Made by a program: the position numbers and the translations under genes | Part shown: one piece after another, positions 60,945-64,000 of the stretch | Layout of the letters: each line of letters starts with the position of its first letter | How positions within the stretch are numbered: position 1 is the stretch's first letter | Notes under the pieces: model-generated | Database searches by the model: none | What the model was told of the DNA's origin: nothing | What the model saw: the letters and a program-made list of their open reading frames with translations, nothing else | NCBI GenBank assembly: GCA_002269645.1 | Contig: NIVC01001920.1 | Span: 67,673-131,672 of the forward strand | Direction of reading: 5' to 3' | Length of the DNA stretch: 64,000 nt | Source of the DNA: Macrostomum lignano | Taxonomy: Eukaryota

Positions 60945-62150
60945 CCAATCGATTGAAAGTGGCACAATCGATTGAAAGTGGAGCAGTTGATTGAAAGTGG
61001 CACAATTGATTGAAAGTGGCACAGTTGATTGAAAGTGGCACAGTTGATTGAAAGTGGCACAGTTGATTGAAAGTGGCACAGTTGATTGAAAGTGGCGCAG
61101 TTGATTGAAAGTGGCACAATTGATTGAAAGTGGCACAGTTGATTGAAAGTGGCGCAGTTGATTGAAAGTGGCCCAGTTGATTGAAAGTGGCACAATCGAT
61201 TGAAAGTGGCACAGTTGATTGAAAGTGGCACAATCGATTGAAAGTGGCACAATCGATTGAAAGTGGCACAGTTGATTGAAAGTGGCACAATCGATTGAAA
61301 GTGGCACAATCGATTGAAAGTGGCACAGTTGATTGAAAGTGGCACAATCGATTGAAAGTGGCACAATCGATTGAAAGTGGCACAGTTGATTGAAAGTGGC
61401 ACAATTGATTGAAAGTGGCACAGTTGATTGAAAGTGGCACAATTGATTGAAAGTGGCACAGTTGATTGAAAGTGGCACAGTTGATTGAAAGTGGCACAAT
61501 CGATTGAAAGTGGCACAGTTGATTGAAAGTGGCACAGTTGATTGAAAGTGGCACCATCGATTGAAAGTGGCACAGTTGATTGAAAGTGGCACCATCGATT
61601 GAAAGTGGCACAATTGATTGAAAGTGGCGCAATTGATTGAAAGTGGCGCAGTTGATTGAAAGTGGCGCAATTGATTGAAAGTGGCACAATTGATTGAAAG
61701 TGGAGCAGTTGATTGAAAGTGGCACAATTGATTGAAAGTGGCACAGTTGATTGAAAGTGGCACAATTGATTGAAAGTGGCACAGTTGATTGAAAGTGGCA
61801 CAATTGATTGAAAGTGGCACAGTTGATTGAAAGTGGCACCATCGATTGAAAGTGGCACAATTGATTGAAAGTGGCCCAGTTGATTGAAAGTGGCGCAATT
61901 GATTGAAAGTGGCGCAGTTGATTGAAAGTGGCGCAGTTGATTGAAAGTGGCGCAATTGATTGAAAGTGGCGCAATTGATTGAAAGTGGCACAATTGATTG
62001 AAAGTGGCACAGTTGATTGAAAGTGGCACAATCGATTGAAAGTGGCACAATTGATTTAAAGTGGCCCAGTTGATTGAAAGTGGCACAATTGATTGAAAGT
62101 GGCACAGTTGATTGAAAGTGGCACCATCGATTGAAAGTGGCACAATTGGT
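60945..62150. repeat. 19-bp minisatellite
   Basis: Unit GATTGAAAGTGGCACAGTT with variants, ~63 units. Confidence 0.96.
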
Positions 62151-62502
62151 GCACTCAAAAAGCTCTCAACAGTACCAACTCACCATGCCAAGTACTCAAT
62201 GCAAACTGGTCTCCACGTGGCTCGCTGCCTCGAGTTTTCGGGCTTTGCACAGTTGCTGTCCGGTCCAGACTGTTACGGCGGCTTTTCAGGTCCCCTGTGG
62301 TGGGGTGGGGGTTGTGAGCTCGGGCTGTAAAAACTCTGTTGTGGGCTTCATTGTTCTGAGCAGAGAGCGGGAAGAGAGAGAGAGTGAGACTTTAGAAAAT
62401 AGTGAGTCAGGCTGGAGGGGCAGAGAGCCAGTCAGAGGTCGGCAGCCTCCCTCACTCCAGCTGCATCTGTAAAGTGCCATAGGCGTGATAAAAAACCTCT
62501 TC

Positions 62503-63102
62503 TCTTACCGCTTAACCTTTTCTCTTACCGCTTAACCTTTTCTCTTACCGCTTAACCTTTTCTCTTACCGCTTAACCTTTTCTCTTACCGCTTAACCTTT
62601 TCTCTTACCGCTTAACCTTTTCTCTCACCGCTTAACCTTTTCTCTCACCGCTTAACCTCTTCTCCTACAGCTTAACCTCTTCTCCTACCGCTTAACCTCT
62701 TCTCCTACCGCTTAACCTCTTCTCCTACCGCTTAACCTTTTCTCTTACCGCTTAACCTCTTCTCCTACCGCTTAACCTTTTCTCTTACCGCTTAACCTCT
62801 TCTCCTACCGCTTAACCTCTTCTCCTACCGCTTAACCTCTTCTCCTACCGCTTAACCTCTTCTCCTACCGCTTAACCTTTTCTCTTACCGCTTAACCTCT
62901 TCTCCTACCGCTTAACCTCTTCTCCTACCGCTTAACCTCTTCTCCTACCGCTTAACCTCTTCTCCTACCGCTTAACCTCTTCTTCTACCGCTTAACCTTT
63001 TCTCTTACCGCTTAACCTCTTCTCCTACCGCTTAACCTCTTCTCCTACCGCTTAACCTCTTCTCCTACCGCTTAACCTTTTCTCTTACCGCTTAACCTCT
63101 TC
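62503..63102. repeat. 20-bp minisatellite
   Basis: Units CTTACCGCTTAACCTTTTCT / CCTACCGCTTAACCTCTTCT. Confidence 0.95.
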
Positions 63103-63158
63103 ACTAACCGCTGTATCTGCCGCTTGCCTTTTTATGAAAAGAGGCAGCTCGTACTTAC

Positions 63159-63282
63159 CAAGTCAAGTTTTCTTAACCCAAAATTGCTGTTCTGAAGCCT
63201 GCGGTTCCTCTCCTCTTTATCCAAGCCATAAAAACGGCCAAATTCAGTTTTATGGAGTTCGCCTGCCAACGTTTCAGCGGGG
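63159..63282 (-). CDS. Candidate internal exon of an unidentified gene
   Basis: 124 nt bounded by CTTCCAG and GTAAGT on the minus strand; open frame PAETLAGELHKTEFGRFYGLDKEERNRRLQNSNFGLRKLDL; family not recognised. Confidence 0.3.
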
Positions 63283-63462
63283 CTGGAAGTGTTTATTTAC
63301 AGCATGTAAAGTAGAGTTTTTAATAAATTAATAAATATTGGCGTGTTTCAACTCGACATAATAACCGGCGACCGCTCGGAATGCTTGCGGCACCCACTGC
63401 CTGTTACTGGTTTCAACTGGAAACGCTTAAAATGGGTATTTGACAGTTTTACAGTTTAGCGA

Positions 63463-63880
<418 letters not shown>

Positions 63881-64000
63881 TAGAAGAGCAAGCGGAGTGC
63901 GATGTGACCGCTGAGTTCCCGCAGCTCGCAGCCCGCCGGCCCGTGAGAAAATTGATCCCACAACCGCAGGCGGAGGCGGGCGGCTGTCAGCATAAAACGA

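Noticed and set aside
59167-62158. 250-430 aa ORFs over the 22-bp and 19-bp arrays
   Set aside because: Repeat-derived, open in all frames, with no splice-consistent gene model.

Overview
Eukaryotic (animal) genomic DNA with GC-rich exons and introns packed with tandem repeats. The style resembles the flatworm Macrostomum, but that is inference only. Seven host genes can be assembled from GT-AG splice sites: a GT32/DXD glycosyltransferase (+), an intronless class A GPCR (+), a syntaxin-6 N-terminal-domain membrane protein with no intact SNARE motif (+), a two-pore K+ channel with a very long glycosylated extracellular cap (+), an NRF-6-like acyltransferase (-), a ZnT/SLC30 zinc transporter (-) and an SLC7/LAT amino-acid transporter (-). 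About 40 different tandem arrays cover roughly 26 kb (~40%, hand estimate). 16 of the 19 reconstructed introns carry an array, and several repeat units copy the adjacent splice site. Mobile DNA: a full-length APE-RT-RNaseH LINE (LOA-like) with a (TAAG)n tail, a TAATG stop-start overlap and a 15-bp TSD inside a 28-bp minisatellite; a 2.2-kb and a 0.3-kb solo-LTR-like insert; a MITE-like foldback; a truncated Penelope-like element with two inverted hammerhead ribozyme motifs; and a decayed BEL/Pao gag-protease. Most genes carry single-base indels in short homopolymers, more likely long-read consensus errors than true pseudogenisation. No CRISPR array, rRNA or tRNA was recognised.
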